A stretch of DNA of 64,000 bases, taken from contig NC_045138.2 in assembly GCF_008831285.2 (NCBI RefSeq), positions 33,108,001 through 33,172,000 on the forward strand, in the 5' to 3' direction. The translations under genes were made by a program, and so were the position numbers. Of this stretch, positions 51,330-64,000 are shown piece after piece (the stretch's first letter is position 1; every line of letters starts with the position of its first letter). The notes below the pieces were generated by a model that did no database searches, was not told the DNA's origin, and saw only the letters and a list, made by a program, of their open reading frames with translations. The DNA comes from Nymphaea colorata (lineage: Eukaryota).

Positions 51330-53590
51330 GGCTGCTCTGTGATTCTACAGCTGCATGACAGCGAAGCAGGGGAGGCTAAGTAGTGTAAAAAACGAGGTCC
51401 TAGAAAAGTATGTGTCTCATTCTGTATATGATAATATTAACTAGCGAAACAATTATTGACTAACCAAGAGAGAAAAATTTCCTTTCGTGTGAGTGACACG
51501 GCAGGCGACACGCCGAATACAGTATTTTGGACAAAAACTTCAGTAATGGCTATGGACTGCACACTGATAAAGTTTTTTGCAGATCAAATATTAAAAGTAT
51601 TTGAAGATTAGCTCAAGTAACTCGTCCAATCATATTTTCTCCAAGATAGATTTCCTAGAGGCAAGCAACAGATTTTAAGAACCGATTGGCTCAAGTTAAA
51701 GAAAGTCAAGAGTACTCTATAGTCTATACCCTTGATATAAACTGATGGAGTCTGCGGGGAATGGCAACTGGCAGGTGTGTCAAATAAAAATTTTAAAAGA
51801 TATCAAATTAATACCTTAATTCTCAGATGATGCGTGTTAGAAAGGTATCTCTACGAAAAACGAACCGCCAGGCTGCGTTCGGGGCAACAATGGCGCCCAC
51901 CGCCCAGTCTCCTTCGTCGAGTTCTCGATGTCCCCAAAACCGGAAGATGGATGATTTGGTGACTTCTCCAAAGGGAAAAACTGAAAGTCAGGCAAAGCAT
52001 TATTGCTGGATTTTTATTACAATCTTGTCGGGAATGAGAATATTAGTCATTGGGATTCTAAATACTGCCACCAACTAACTTTTGCAGGTTTTCTAGCACG
52101 AATTGATGGCAGCCATCTGACATGTTCATGCAGATCGCTTTGATCCACAGTAACTGGAACACAGGAAACAAAAACAATTGATTTGCCTTTGATGAAAAAC
52201 GTCTTTCCTTTAATAATAGCATTATGAAAAACAAATTTCATGTTCGGATGACACCAAGATTAGGTTACGAACTTGTTAGATTGAAAGGAAGCACTCACTA
52301 GTTCAGTCAAGGATTCAAGAAAAGAAGAATTTGAGTCTCTGCCCAGAAACAAACATGAAGGAGAGAAACAAATAAGCACTCACTAGTTCAGTGATGGATT
52401 CAACCGGAACTGTAATTCATCCCAGCATCTCTACTTCTTCTTCGTGTCCTTCTTCCTTCTTTCCCCTGCTGTTCTGCTGCTTCTGTTCTTCCTTTCCCTC
52501 CTCTTGTAGTGATGCAGAGTTTGGTTTGGTAGTCAAAGGAAGAGGCGGGACGCAAAGTATGAACAGGAGAGGAGGACCTTGACAAGTAATATAGAGATGT
52601 CGGTCTTCTATGTGGCCCACGACTTTGCTTTGTTAATTATGAGGGCTCGAAGAATCAATGGCGGTAAATTGTGGTTGAGTGCCGCTGCTTTTCTGTGGGG
52701 TACTTGGCCGCAGTAAAGGACGTCAAAGCCGCCTATCAACTAAAAGTTTGTGTCAAATGGATGTGGCTGAATATCAGCCGCCGCTCAGTCGACTGAATAC
52801 TGCAGTGATCTCGACATTATCAAACACTAAAATATTTATTAATTTGACTTGATTGTAACATGTAACCGTGTGAAATGCCCACATCCAAGAAAATCACAAA
52901 TCCATAATTTAAGGAGTTTTAGTTGATATTTGCCCCTACAATTTTGATCTGCATGTTTGATACGTCAATTTCAACCTTGAATCGCTCCATGAACGCTTAT
53001 ACAAGACAATAAGGCATTTTAATGCTCATAGTCGTGAAAAGCTAATATTTGTTTTACCAAGAACCTGAAACATTATTTAAAGGCTACTTCTCACTTCTTA
53101 CCACATTATGCCATGTGAAAATTAGTGCACCTAAGAAAAGAATGAAAATGTGGCCTGAATTTCTCGAGTTCTTCACTCGTCAAGCCTGACTTTACCTCTC
53201 TAAAGATGGGATCGCCTTTTTTTTTTTTGTATATTTCCGCCTCACCTTTTCGTAAAGGGTCCATGAGTTTTGGCTTTTAGCGGAAAGCTCCGGTTCACGT
53301 TGACGAAGACAGATTCGGATTCGTCAAATTATTGCCTAAAGCAGGCAGCAAGAATATTTTCAATTTCCCTTTTCTGCTTTCATCTTTGGGGGATTATAAC
53401 ATGTCAAAAGAAAGTCGGCACAGGCCAGGGGCTAGCGGCTAGCCCACTTAATTAGGTGAACGGTCAAAAACCGTCCGCAATTTTGAATTATGTCCAGCGC
53501 GTTCCCCGCGCTTTTTTGTACTTGCGGTTTTACCGACCAATGCGCAACTAAAGACTTTTAGTTTAATATCGTCAAACTATCGTCTGAAAT

Positions 53591-54112
53591 TAGGGATGTC
53601 AATAATTTTTATTTAGATTCGACATCCCACCGAGCTATATAAAATAAGTGGAAAATTTGTTATCCGATTGAAAAATCTGGCCTAATGCAGATATACGAAA
53701 TGACGTATGATCCTGTTCGAATCCGGAACGGTGGTAGTTTTCAATAAATATCATGTACCAAATATCTGTAATGTGGTTCAGATTTGTTTAAAATGTCGGA
53801 TTCAAATCCAGATGTTAATCCAAAAGTCAAATTTGGGGCTTGGTGGTAGTTTTCAATAAACATCAGATTCCGAAACGGTGGTATTTTCAACAAATGTCAT
53901 GTACCGAGTGTCTATATTGTGATTCAAATCCGGATGTTAATATAAAAGCAAGATTTGGATCGGACTTGGATTATGAATCTGGATTTATAGTTTGGACATG
54001 GTACATAATTTTCTTTGTCCAGATTCAAATATGAATTTGAATCCGAATATATAGATATCAGAAAAAACAGATATGGTAAAATACACGTCCTATTGATCCA
54101 TTCACATCCCTA
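53591..54112. mobile_element. hAT-family MITE (copy A)
   Basis: Termini TAGGGATGT...ACATCCCTA (Ac/Ds-like), with an interior rich in GGATTC/AATCCG-type repeats. The TSD is decayed (TCTGAAAT on the left, AAAT on the right). Confidence 0.75.
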
Positions 54113-54541
54113 AAATCTATTTAAAGTATTGAACATTTTAAAGTTCATTGAGAACTAACAAGCAAATGGGATTAGACACTATTAAACTTATATAAAATTC
54201 AAAGGAATTTCATAATAAAGAACATTTCATTTTTATGGCACGCCTTCAAAATATATATTCTCAACACACCATTTTTTTTTTCAGAGAGTGGAGTGCAATT
54301 AGACTTGGATCGGCCAATTTGATTTAAAATGAAGGCAGACTTTAATATTTTAAGATTTGTTATTTTATTTAATTTTTACATTTTTTCATTTATTTTTTTT
54401 AAATGATTTTTTAATATTTCCCACCAATTCACAGCTGATTTTATTTAGGAATTAACCACTTCACGAGCTCTGCAGGAAAAAAGATCGACAGGCTTAGGCG
54501 GGTCCTCAGAGAAATGTCGTGTACAGTTAATTGTCTAAAAT

Positions 54542-54955
54542 TGGGGATGTCAATAGGCCTATATCTGATCGAACCTCATAAAATAATTTAGTCATAGAAA
54601 AAATTTGATATCTGATTAGAGTTCAGATCTGATTCAGATATAAGAAATGACAATTGATTGGATTCATATTCAGATGTAGATCAAATATAGTTTTTAATAA
54701 ATATCCTAACACCAGATGATTAAGACGTGGTTGGGATTCAGTTTAAAAGTCAGATTTGGATTTGGATTTAGATGTTAATCTAAAATTTGGGTTTGGATAG
54801 AATTCAGATTATGAATTTGGATTTCAGGTTCGGATACGGTTTTAATTTTTTTGGTCTGAATTTGAATATAATTCAAATCGAAATACATAGATAACCGAAG
54901 GAATGGATATGATAAAATATATATCTAATTCGAATTCGATCCATTAACATTCCTA
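54542..54955. mobile_element. hAT-family MITE (copy B) with 8-bp TSD
   Basis: Termini TGGGGATGTCAAT...ATTAACATTCCTA are flanked by a perfect TCTAAAAT at 54534-54541 and 54956-54963. Confidence 0.85.
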
Positions 54956-55988
54956 TCTAAAATCTGAATAAGCCAATTGAATTAGACACTGTTAACTTAT
55001 ATAATATTAGAAAGCGTTTGATAATCAGAACGTTTTTATTCTTATAGCACGTTTCAAAAATAGTATATTCTAAAGACACCTTTGTGATTTTTAGAAAGCA
55101 GTGTAATTACGCTTGGATCGGCCGAGTTGATTCAAATCGAAGGCGGACGGATTTAATTCAATGGCAGATAAGGAGAGACACACGACATTTTCTAAATTTT
55201 TATATTTTAAGATTTTATTCATTTTAGTTAGTTTTTTATATTTTTTACATTTATTTTTTAAAAATGTTTTTAAATATTTTCCACCAAATTCACAGCTGAT
55301 TGATTATTCGAGTAAGGTGAATCAGCCAACGCCTCACGATTCATCTGCTGCGTCGATTCTTACAGCATTGATTCGTAAATCTAACAATTAAATGACAAAA
55401 TTGAATCATATTATGCTGTAAGTGGCTGCGAGCAAGAGGCTATCAGCCTAGGTTGGAATCTGACATAATGAGCATTTGAATAAGGCTTGGGCGGGTTATG
55501 CGTGCTAATGTGAACACTTAGATATCTCAATATTTAAACTCTTAATATCCATCATCGATCTTCGCATGAAACTATACAATATCACCCTACCATCAAATTT
55601 ACATCTAAAATGTCTTTCTATTAATGAGTAGCAACAATCTTCTTGTTTAATAGGATCAAGGAGCAATACTGGAGATAGTGATCCATCGCCGGATCAGAGA
55701 TAGGGGGTTCGAAGCAGATTGGAGCAGTTCTAGAAATGGGGAGGCAGGCTTTTATGCATCTACTTTCTAGCTAAGGACCATAATTAGCAAAGTTTTGTTT
55801 AGTGGCATCTAAAACCGATGAAGACTGTAATTAAGTTTCAACTTTTTTGCTTTTAATTAAGATAATATACCATGACCTTGCCAATACTTACACAAACAGA
55901 AAACAGTAAACAAGGAACGGATTGATCCCTATTCATGATTTCCTTAGAGAAGAATAATGAATTCTTAAGCAACTAAACAAAGTTTTAT

Positions 55989-58860
55989 TCAAGAAACCAG
56001 TGCCCTGTCTGGCTTATGCGGCATTGGGCAGTAGTCTTATCCCATAAGAAAATTTTCACAATTGAAAACTATTTTTCTTTTAACGAAGATTGAGAGCAAG
56101 TATCTATATATTTAAATTGAACAAATTAAAAAAAAAACATGAAAATAGTGAGATTCTTCAAGAAATTGGTGGCATTGGTTTCATCTTTTCGCTAACCCCT
56201 GAAACATATGGAGAGTCCAGAAAGGAAGTGGTAAAGAGGAAACAAGCAAACAGAGAAAAACTGGTTTGAGCTTTTGTTTTTCAATATTGCACCTATGTAA
56301 GTCTGCACTTCTGATCAAATCATGAGTGAGAATGCAGAAACTGTTAAAACTTAATGAAGGAAACAAGAGAAAAGAGAACGAACCTTGTAGCCATTGGTTA
56401 GCCCCCAAGATTGATGTAAGCATGATCATCTAACCCTGGTCTCCGCACTTTGCCGTGAAGTAAAATGGAGGAATCAACAAAAACCGTGAAATACATGCTA
56501 TTTCCAGGAAATATCTTGATCTTCTATACGTTCACCAGTTTGATCAAAGGAGCACGCCTCCCAATCAGATCAATCAGATTATAAGTTGCAACAAGTACCA
56601 GTTCGTCTTACCTCTCATTTGACCGTAAGAGATTCAATGTTCGATATTTCTACAGATATATCAATGACCATGATGCGAACCCATGATTGTGGTCTAAAAA
56701 ACTTCAACATGCTAATATATTGAAATTATATGCAATGATTCATGGAATTAGTTTCATTAAAAAGAGTTTTTGTGTTAAAATAAATAATACTATTCACTAC
56801 GGCAATTTCCCATTTTCCGTTGATCATCATACAAGGGTAGAGTGGTCTCCTGAGGATCAAGCGCCAAGTTTTGCATCAGATTAAATATCAGGACTTCAAA
56901 GCAAAGGGATTGATCTTGAAATTCGGTGATGATACGAAAGAATGTCACCTACTTGCCCCTTTATGAAGACCATTTTTAGATTCCAAGCCTGCTTTTATGA
57001 TAAACCTCAAAGCAAACATTAGAGCTCCAAAAGCGGCTTCACCAGAGCCGAAAGAATCCGTCTTATGGGGAACTAAGCTATGAAAAATCTGAAACTTAGC
57101 AAGAATGTTAAAGTCATGTTAACCTGTTACCTGTATGAATTCAGGACACATCGAGGATAGACCACCAAGCGTTCTTCCCTGGACATAAGCATCTGCTACC
57201 CCTAATGCTTCACCGATCATGCAAATGCCGACATAAGTATCGATTCCTTCCCTGCCCGACGTGGCTCAATCCAGCGGTGAAGGCAAACTTCTTTGAATTA
57301 TTATAATGCTATTAGATTGTATCAGCACCCGCGGACTAACAGATCAGTAACACCATTTTCTGTTCTCACTCTCAGCATAAAACCTCCAGGCACCCTTTCT
57401 TGGATCATCAAGAAAGTCTCATTGTTTTGGTTAGATAAGAAAGAGTAAATGCCCAGAGACCACAGCTGATCATCCATTGGATAGCTCTTTCAATGTGAAA
57501 TGTCCAACACAATGCAGCAAACTTCCACTCGACTTGCTTTTAGTACCTGTCCTACTTATAGAAAATCTAGCTAGTAGAATATCTCATTGCAGTGGTGCGA
57601 GCGCCTACAGTGTGTGTGTGTATATATATAATGTTGGTGTTCAAGCTTGCTTCACAATATGTTGGGGTCCATAATGGCGACCATCGCCGTGTCTTCTTCG
57701 TGATGCATGGTTTGGTGATTTCTGAAAGCGGAAAAGCTTAAACTCAGGCAAAGCATCGCCGGATTTTTTATGTTAATCTTGTAAGTGGATGTGAATATAA
57801 TATCAGTCATCGCATTTCTAAATCCCGCCTGCGGCCCACCTTCTCCGCGTTTTCTAGCGCCAGTCTGATGGCAGTTGCAAGCTGACGTATTCAGGATGAT
57901 GGGATCGATCCACAGTAAATGAAACGCAGAAAACAAAAAATTTCTCCTTCATTTATTAAAAATTCGTTCATTTGACAGTAAATTAAAACAAGTGGCACCA
58001 AAATACCAGGTTCCAAACTTGAGGTTAGTTTGAGTACAAGTTGCCAAAATTTAGCTTTGATCCTAATCAAAACCCAAGTATCTAGACAAAGTTAGCTGGC
58101 AAAAGAGAAAAAAAAGGAAATTTGATTCTCTGCCCAGAAAAAAAAACATGAACGAAAGACAAAAAAAAGTGCACCCACTGCATCCACTGGGTCAATGATG
58201 GATTCAACGCGTCATCTATTTGAATTCAGCATCTCTTCTTCTTTTCCTTCTTTCTTCTGCTGTAATTGCTTGTCATTTATTTGAATTCAGCATCTCTCCT
58301 TCTTTTCTTTCTTCTTTCTTCTGCTGTTGTTGTTCTGCTGCTTCTCTTCTTCCCCCTTCTGCTGCAGAGTTTGATTCCTTAGCCAGGAGGAGGAAGGGAG
58401 GTGCGGATAGGAGAGGGGGCTGCGAAAAGTCATACAGATATGGCCCAAAGACTTTGGCTTTGTTAACTATGAGGGCTTGAAGAATCGAGGAAGGTAATTT
58501 GTGTTGAGAATGTTGAGTGTCAGTCTAATAAGAGACAGCAAAGCCGCCTATCAACTAAATGACTATGTCAATGGATGTGGCTTTCTCTATCAGCAAACTG
58601 ATACTCTGCTGATATTGATCATGTAAACGCTAAAACATTTATTAATCTGACTAGATTATAGAATTTAACCATGTGAACTGACTATGACCAACAAAAGCAC
58701 AAATCATAGTTTTCACATGCCCAACTAATTGAATGAATAAAAGTTGTATATGTAAGACTTGTAAGTCTTCCAACTCTTTCCCACTTTTGGAATAAATTTG
58801 TCCCCAATATGATCTATTTGGTTGATTTGATAAGGGATTTCAACTTTGAATCGCTCCATG
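55989..58860 (-). pseudogene. Tandem ENT3-like pseudogene
   Basis: Relics of exon 4 (57274-57131; acceptor CG, TGA at 57268-57266), exon 5 (~57056-56953) and exon 8 (~56603-56384; W>TAG at 56432-56430, internal deletion). Intron-8 homology extends to ~55989, and 5'UTR/promoter ~58116-58860 matches ~52321-52990. Exons 1-3, 6, 7 and 9 were not found. Confidence 0.9.
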
Positions 58861-61177
58861 GAAGCTTCAGGTATGGAGGTTAACAGTGCCCCAAATTCAA
58901 TTTATGGGCAATAATGTCCCAATGAATGCCGTTTCCAGAAGCTAATCTCCCATACTTTATTGAGAAAGCAAAGAATATATCCACAGAAGAATTTGGGCAA
59001 GAAAGAATAGAAAAAAAAAAAAAAAACAAAACAATCAGAAACAACCCAGCAACCTCAACGCAGTCGCTCTCAAAACCATTCTAATTAACGACACTCAGAT
59101 TCATTATGAGCAGGAACCTAGCTTAGTTATCCGAAGTCATATCTACCATCAAGCGAGTGTTCCCTCCTTTTGTCCACTTTGAAATTAATATTCTCACTAG
59201 TCACTATCAAAGATCATGTCGTCGGAAAAAACTTGCCGCTTGTATTGGATCTCCGGAGTACATCAAGTCTGATTGGAGAAGCATATTCTTAGATCTTCTG
59301 CACCCATTTCTCGCGAGCGGACGGAGGGGATCGAATTGGAGATCACAGGAGAATTCTGATTATTTACTAATATCGCTTCAATTCGCCGATAGACATTATA
59401 CCCGGCCCCTTGCCGATACGATGCATGGCACGTAGGCTTTATCTTATTTTTCATAAGATTAGTTTAAAAATGTTTTGAAGCATTTTTGTAATTCAGAAAG
59501 AAAAAAAGCAACACACACTGTGAATAGTGGGTGATTCTAATCTTCTTTTGGTAGGCCCATGAAGGCCTACTCACCAGGGGCTTACAGCACTGAACAGTTT
59601 CCATTATTAACATCTAAGTTGCATTGGATTCTTTCAGGAAGGTGAAAAATAATAACACAGCTGTGAAGTAGTGACTATTTTAAAGACAATCTGTGAGTGA
59701 AATAGGATCAGACACTGCCAACTTGTGCAATCTTTATAGGGTGTTTGATAATACGAAACACGTATTTCATGATAATACGATACAGATATTTCATAGACAC
59801 AATTTTGTTGTTTGGACCCACACTGTAATTATGGGAATTGTTCTTAGATCAAAAAAATTCACGTTGGCATAATACCATCATGTTTTCGAAAACAATAACA
59901 TGATGTTCCAAAAATATGTATTTCAAGAAAGAAAGCAATGTTATTCGTATTAAATACACTATAATTAGGAAATGCCAATATAGTTCTCTATATTTAATGC
60001 TTTCGATTTTTTTTTTTTTTAGTTTCTACACGTGTCTTTGTACAACTGACTTGTTGTTTTTAACATTTTAATTTAAGTCACTCCCATTTAAGGGGTTTGA
60101 AGTTCGAATCTCATGGTCCTTGTCATGCTTCCGGTGTGCTACTGTTGTAGGCTGCAAATGGTGGTAAGTATGACACCTGACTTGAATGTTGAATAGTAGA
60201 CCCATCCAAGCCCAGAAAGAAGATAGAACCTTTCTAAGAGTTTTTATATTGAAGATGGCTTTCTTAAATAAACATTAAAAAAAATTACTGATGATTTTGA
60301 GTTATCAAATTCATCTCATTAACAACAAGATCCGGTTCTTGTAAATGTTTATCCTTCACAGACGAGGATGTATGTGTAGGAGGTGTGCGCGAGCACGCCG
60401 GAACGATTAATTGTGCAACCTCAATCATGGGACCAGACAGGCGAACTTTACTTTTGGCCTAATGTATTTGTTTCTTATGAATTCGCTAGATGCCATCTGA
60501 TCCAACCCTTTCGGCGAATAAGGTCAGCTTCAAGTGACACAGCCATTTATTTGGCTCGAGTGCCTTCGGATTCGAAAATTCATACGTTTTCTTCTTTAAG
60601 TGGTAGAAATGTTCATACAGTTTCTCTAAAAAGTGCTGCCTATTAAAAGCTCGAAAGGCCAAAGGGGAGGCCGGATGTAGTGAGGATAAGGTCTGCTGAT
60701 CTTGTCGGTCATGACGGGATTTTACCCCATCCGGTGCCAGCCGGCTGGCTGTGAGAGATGATCTCCCCACAATTTATTGCAATAAAATAAAGAATAACAA
60801 GGAGTCCGGGACCAAAACAAACAAAGAACAATAAGGGGCTTCAGTTGATAGTTCCAAACTTTATGATGTCTTTTCAATGTGGTCACTTTTACAAATTGCG
60901 CGTGCGGATAGCGTTTACTCGGTTCATTAAGGACCATGTCTGATGTGCGATAAGCAGGAGACGGAACTGAGACTGTTTAATTGAAGTGAAAGACCGCAAC
61001 TGGTGGTCTCCTTCGTCGTTTGCGTTCTTGAAAATGCAAGCTACCTTGATGGTTATATGCGTTGAGAGAGAGAAAGAGAGAAAGGTGCTCTGATTTTAGG
61101 TATCGAGATACCGTGGTCCATCTCCACAGATATCAGCACTTTTTTTTGACGTTAATGGAAGGGCCTCCTCATCCAAT

Positions 61178-61229
<52 letters not shown>

Positions 61230-61422
61230 CATTTCAAATATACTGTTAAAGTGCTTCAAGAATTTTTGGTAAAGCTAATCATTTAGGCAAACGTAAAATA
61301 TATGAATGAGTTAATTTGATGTATATAGCAACAAAGACAAGACTATAAATTTTAAAAAAATCCATAATATGCTTGTTTACCTATGGATCAGAGATCTAAG
61401 GAGATTTCATATTTTGTGGGAT

Positions 61423-61876
61423 TAGGGATGTTAATGGGTCGGATTCGAATTAGATGTATGGATTCGAACTAGATGTATACTTTAGTATATCCACTTCTCT
61501 AAATATCTAATTATTCCACTAGAATTCAGATTCAAATTTGGACAAAGAAAAAATCTATACCATATCAGAATAGAATCGGAAATCCGAATTCATAATCTGA
61601 ATCTGAATCCACCTTTCAAACTGAATTCAAACCACATTATAGATATTGAGTATAGGTTATACGTTGAAAACTATATTCAATCTGAATCCCAATCCAAATC
61701 CAAATCTGGTCAATGTTTACTTAAATTCGAATCCGAATCCACTCAAATAGCCAAATGCCATTTCTTAGGCGTGAATCTGATCTAAATTCTTAAGCGGTAT
61801 CAAATTTTTTTCTAATCCAAATTTCTTTTATGTGGTTGGTCGAATATCAGATCTAAATCGAATTTATTGGCCTCTT
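61423..61876. mobile_element. hAT-family MITE (copy C, opposite orientation to A/B)
   Basis: Starts TAGGGATGTTAATGG, and its interior resembles the reverse complement of 54542-54955. The right TIR is degenerate. Confidence 0.7.
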
Positions 61877-63684
61877 CAAACAAAGTGAATTTCACGTAAA
61901 GAGAAACATTGGATTTGAAATCCACGTTTCTCTAAAAGCGTCGTCTGAGGTCCTAGGGCGGATCGGGCATCCGGTTCATCCTTAACTTAACAAACCACCC
62001 TAAGTTGCACATTCAATTTTCACGTTCCTTTTAGTTCTAGAAATTTCAATATTTTGCATTCGGTCATATACTTGGTATTCTAAAAAAACAGCACCCATAT
62101 AAGAGATACAATTGACTATATATATGTTGTGTGTGTATATAAAATTTAAACTGTTTTAATAAATGTCAGTTTTAACAAACGTGATCATTGGCCTAGGAGA
62201 AACATGTGGCTGTAATGCCCCTAACCAAAAAAGGGAAATTAATAAAGTCAGCATTTCTGAAATGACAAAAGCATGAAAGAAAAGTACTCTCTTTTGTTGA
62301 CAATACATTAACCACACGAATCTTTCAACTAACAATTGATTGAGGCAATTAATATTATTAAATAAGTCATAGATTAGTCCACCTAAATATCATAATTTAA
62401 TTACTTTATGTATTTTCCGAAAACATCTGCCTCGCACGTGCACAGATCTTACACACACACACACACACACGTCAGCCGGATGTTAGACGTTGCCTCAAAG
62501 CTAAAAGTTTGAAATATGTCGTTAAAAATTAGTTATTACAAGAGTATCAGTGACAGTTTATAGTGTAGTAACTGTATTATGATGTTTTTAACAATAGATT
62601 ATGGTGTTTTCAATAACAGATTTTTATTTTTTAATCATCCACAAACATTTGCTAGACTCCAATCCTCTTACACATATTAACTTAATTTTAACAACCTCAC
62701 ATGTATACTACAGTGTGAGCTTTGACGCATTTAATAAATAAACTAATTTAAAGCCTAAAATTTATTCGTGACTGGCCTCTAGATAACTGTAGTTGATGCG
62801 GGGTCGATTCGGGCCATATCAGTTGTATCAAACGTATTTGACTTCCTGTCGGCTGATATTTCGTTAGAATAGATGATGACTTTCTTTTCTCCATTAAATA
62901 CTCAATAAAAACTAATACGAGCTAATACATAGGAGACGTAAACAAATGTGGTTTTTAATCTTCCATATGTTGGAAAGTCAGATTCTATGATGTGCTTACG
63001 ATATATTTTATTTCGCTTAGGTGATCTAATAGTGAATTCAGCTAAGATAAACAATATAGGTAGATCCATGTGATCAAATTCCAAAAGGAAACGGAAAAGA
63101 AAAATCTGAGGGAGCCATTTATAATTCAACCATTTTTCTATGCATAAGAGAAGGAGTTCTGACCTCTTATTTTTCTTTCATTCTCTTACTTTCACAATGA
63201 TCCTATTATATATATATATAACCGATTATACGAGTAAAACCAATATCAAAATAATGTTACATGTATATAATGAATATTTAAAGCCATTGGTTCACCCAAA
63301 TTTCCCCTTTTGAGCCTTTACATGTATATAATGAACCCCTTTTGAGCCTTTACATAATTGGTCGGCATGAGAAAACAAGCACGACTATTTGTGGAGCAAA
63401 CAAAGCTAATCATGTTTGAATATTGTGTGCACTTTGTTATATAATACAAAATGAGCGGACGAAACTTTTTGAAACGTTATTTCAATTATAATTTAAGTGT
63501 CTTTTGGAAAATAAATATTTTTTATAGAGAAATGCATGCAAAGTATGGGACAGAAGCAACGAAGGGAGAGAAAAAAGACAGAGGGTGAGAAAAGAGGACA
63601 CGTCTTTGACAACCAAATCCGGGCCCCACCAGCCGATCATCTCTTAGTTGTGTCTCCGTCACCCTGCTGCTAAAGTTAAGCGCC

Positions 63685-63783
63685 CTCCCTCTCTGTTTCT
63701 CTCTCCCTTTTGTGACGACCCAGCTGCTCCATTCTGCAAGCTCTAATTGCGTCTCAAGAAGTTCACCAAACTGAAAAGTATGT
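63685..63783 (+). other. Possible 5'UTR exon of a gene continuing beyond the window
   Basis: CT-rich leader followed by an AA|GTATGT donor at ~63778 and T-rich, intron-like sequence. No coding evidence within the window. Confidence 0.3.
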
Positions 63784-64000
63784 ATTATCTTCTTTCCCCC
63801 CTTTCTTTTGCTGCTCATACAATTCTTTTTTCGTTGAACTGACATGAAAACGAAAACAAATGGGTCCTGTATACTTATGTTTTCTCATCTGGTGCTTCAA
63901 TTTCTATGCTATGGCTGTTGACGCTTTATATTTCCTGAAATTTTCTGCGATTTCTGGTATCATGAAACTATTTGTTTCGCAATTTAGTGGCGGATTTCAG

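Overview
Plant (angiosperm-type) nuclear genomic DNA with spliced genes and AT-rich, transposon-littered intergenic space; the species cannot be fixed from sequence alone. In order: the 5' part of a diacylglycerol kinase (-, runs off the left edge), an R2R3-MYB of the MYB41/74/102 type (+), a PLS-class PPR gene whose DYW domain is cut off by a frameshift and an in-frame stop (+), an At4g28100-like GPI-anchored protein (+), a two-exon secreted 8-Cys peptide gene that the ORF track misses (-), decayed Copia pieces and a TRIM-like element, a MIR397 hairpin with two dense GTAC (SPL7/copper-response) clusters upstream (-), a stand-alone RNase H-like ORF (-), and an ENT3-like nucleoside transporter (9 exons, 417 aa, -) flanked by two relic copies. 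Several hAT/CACTA-type MITEs are also present. I see no multi-gene 'system'. The best candidates for novelty are the cysteine-rich peptide, the DYW-to-E+ degenerating PPR and a possible 4-kb Pack-type element. All exon boundaries were read by eye; no database searches were run.
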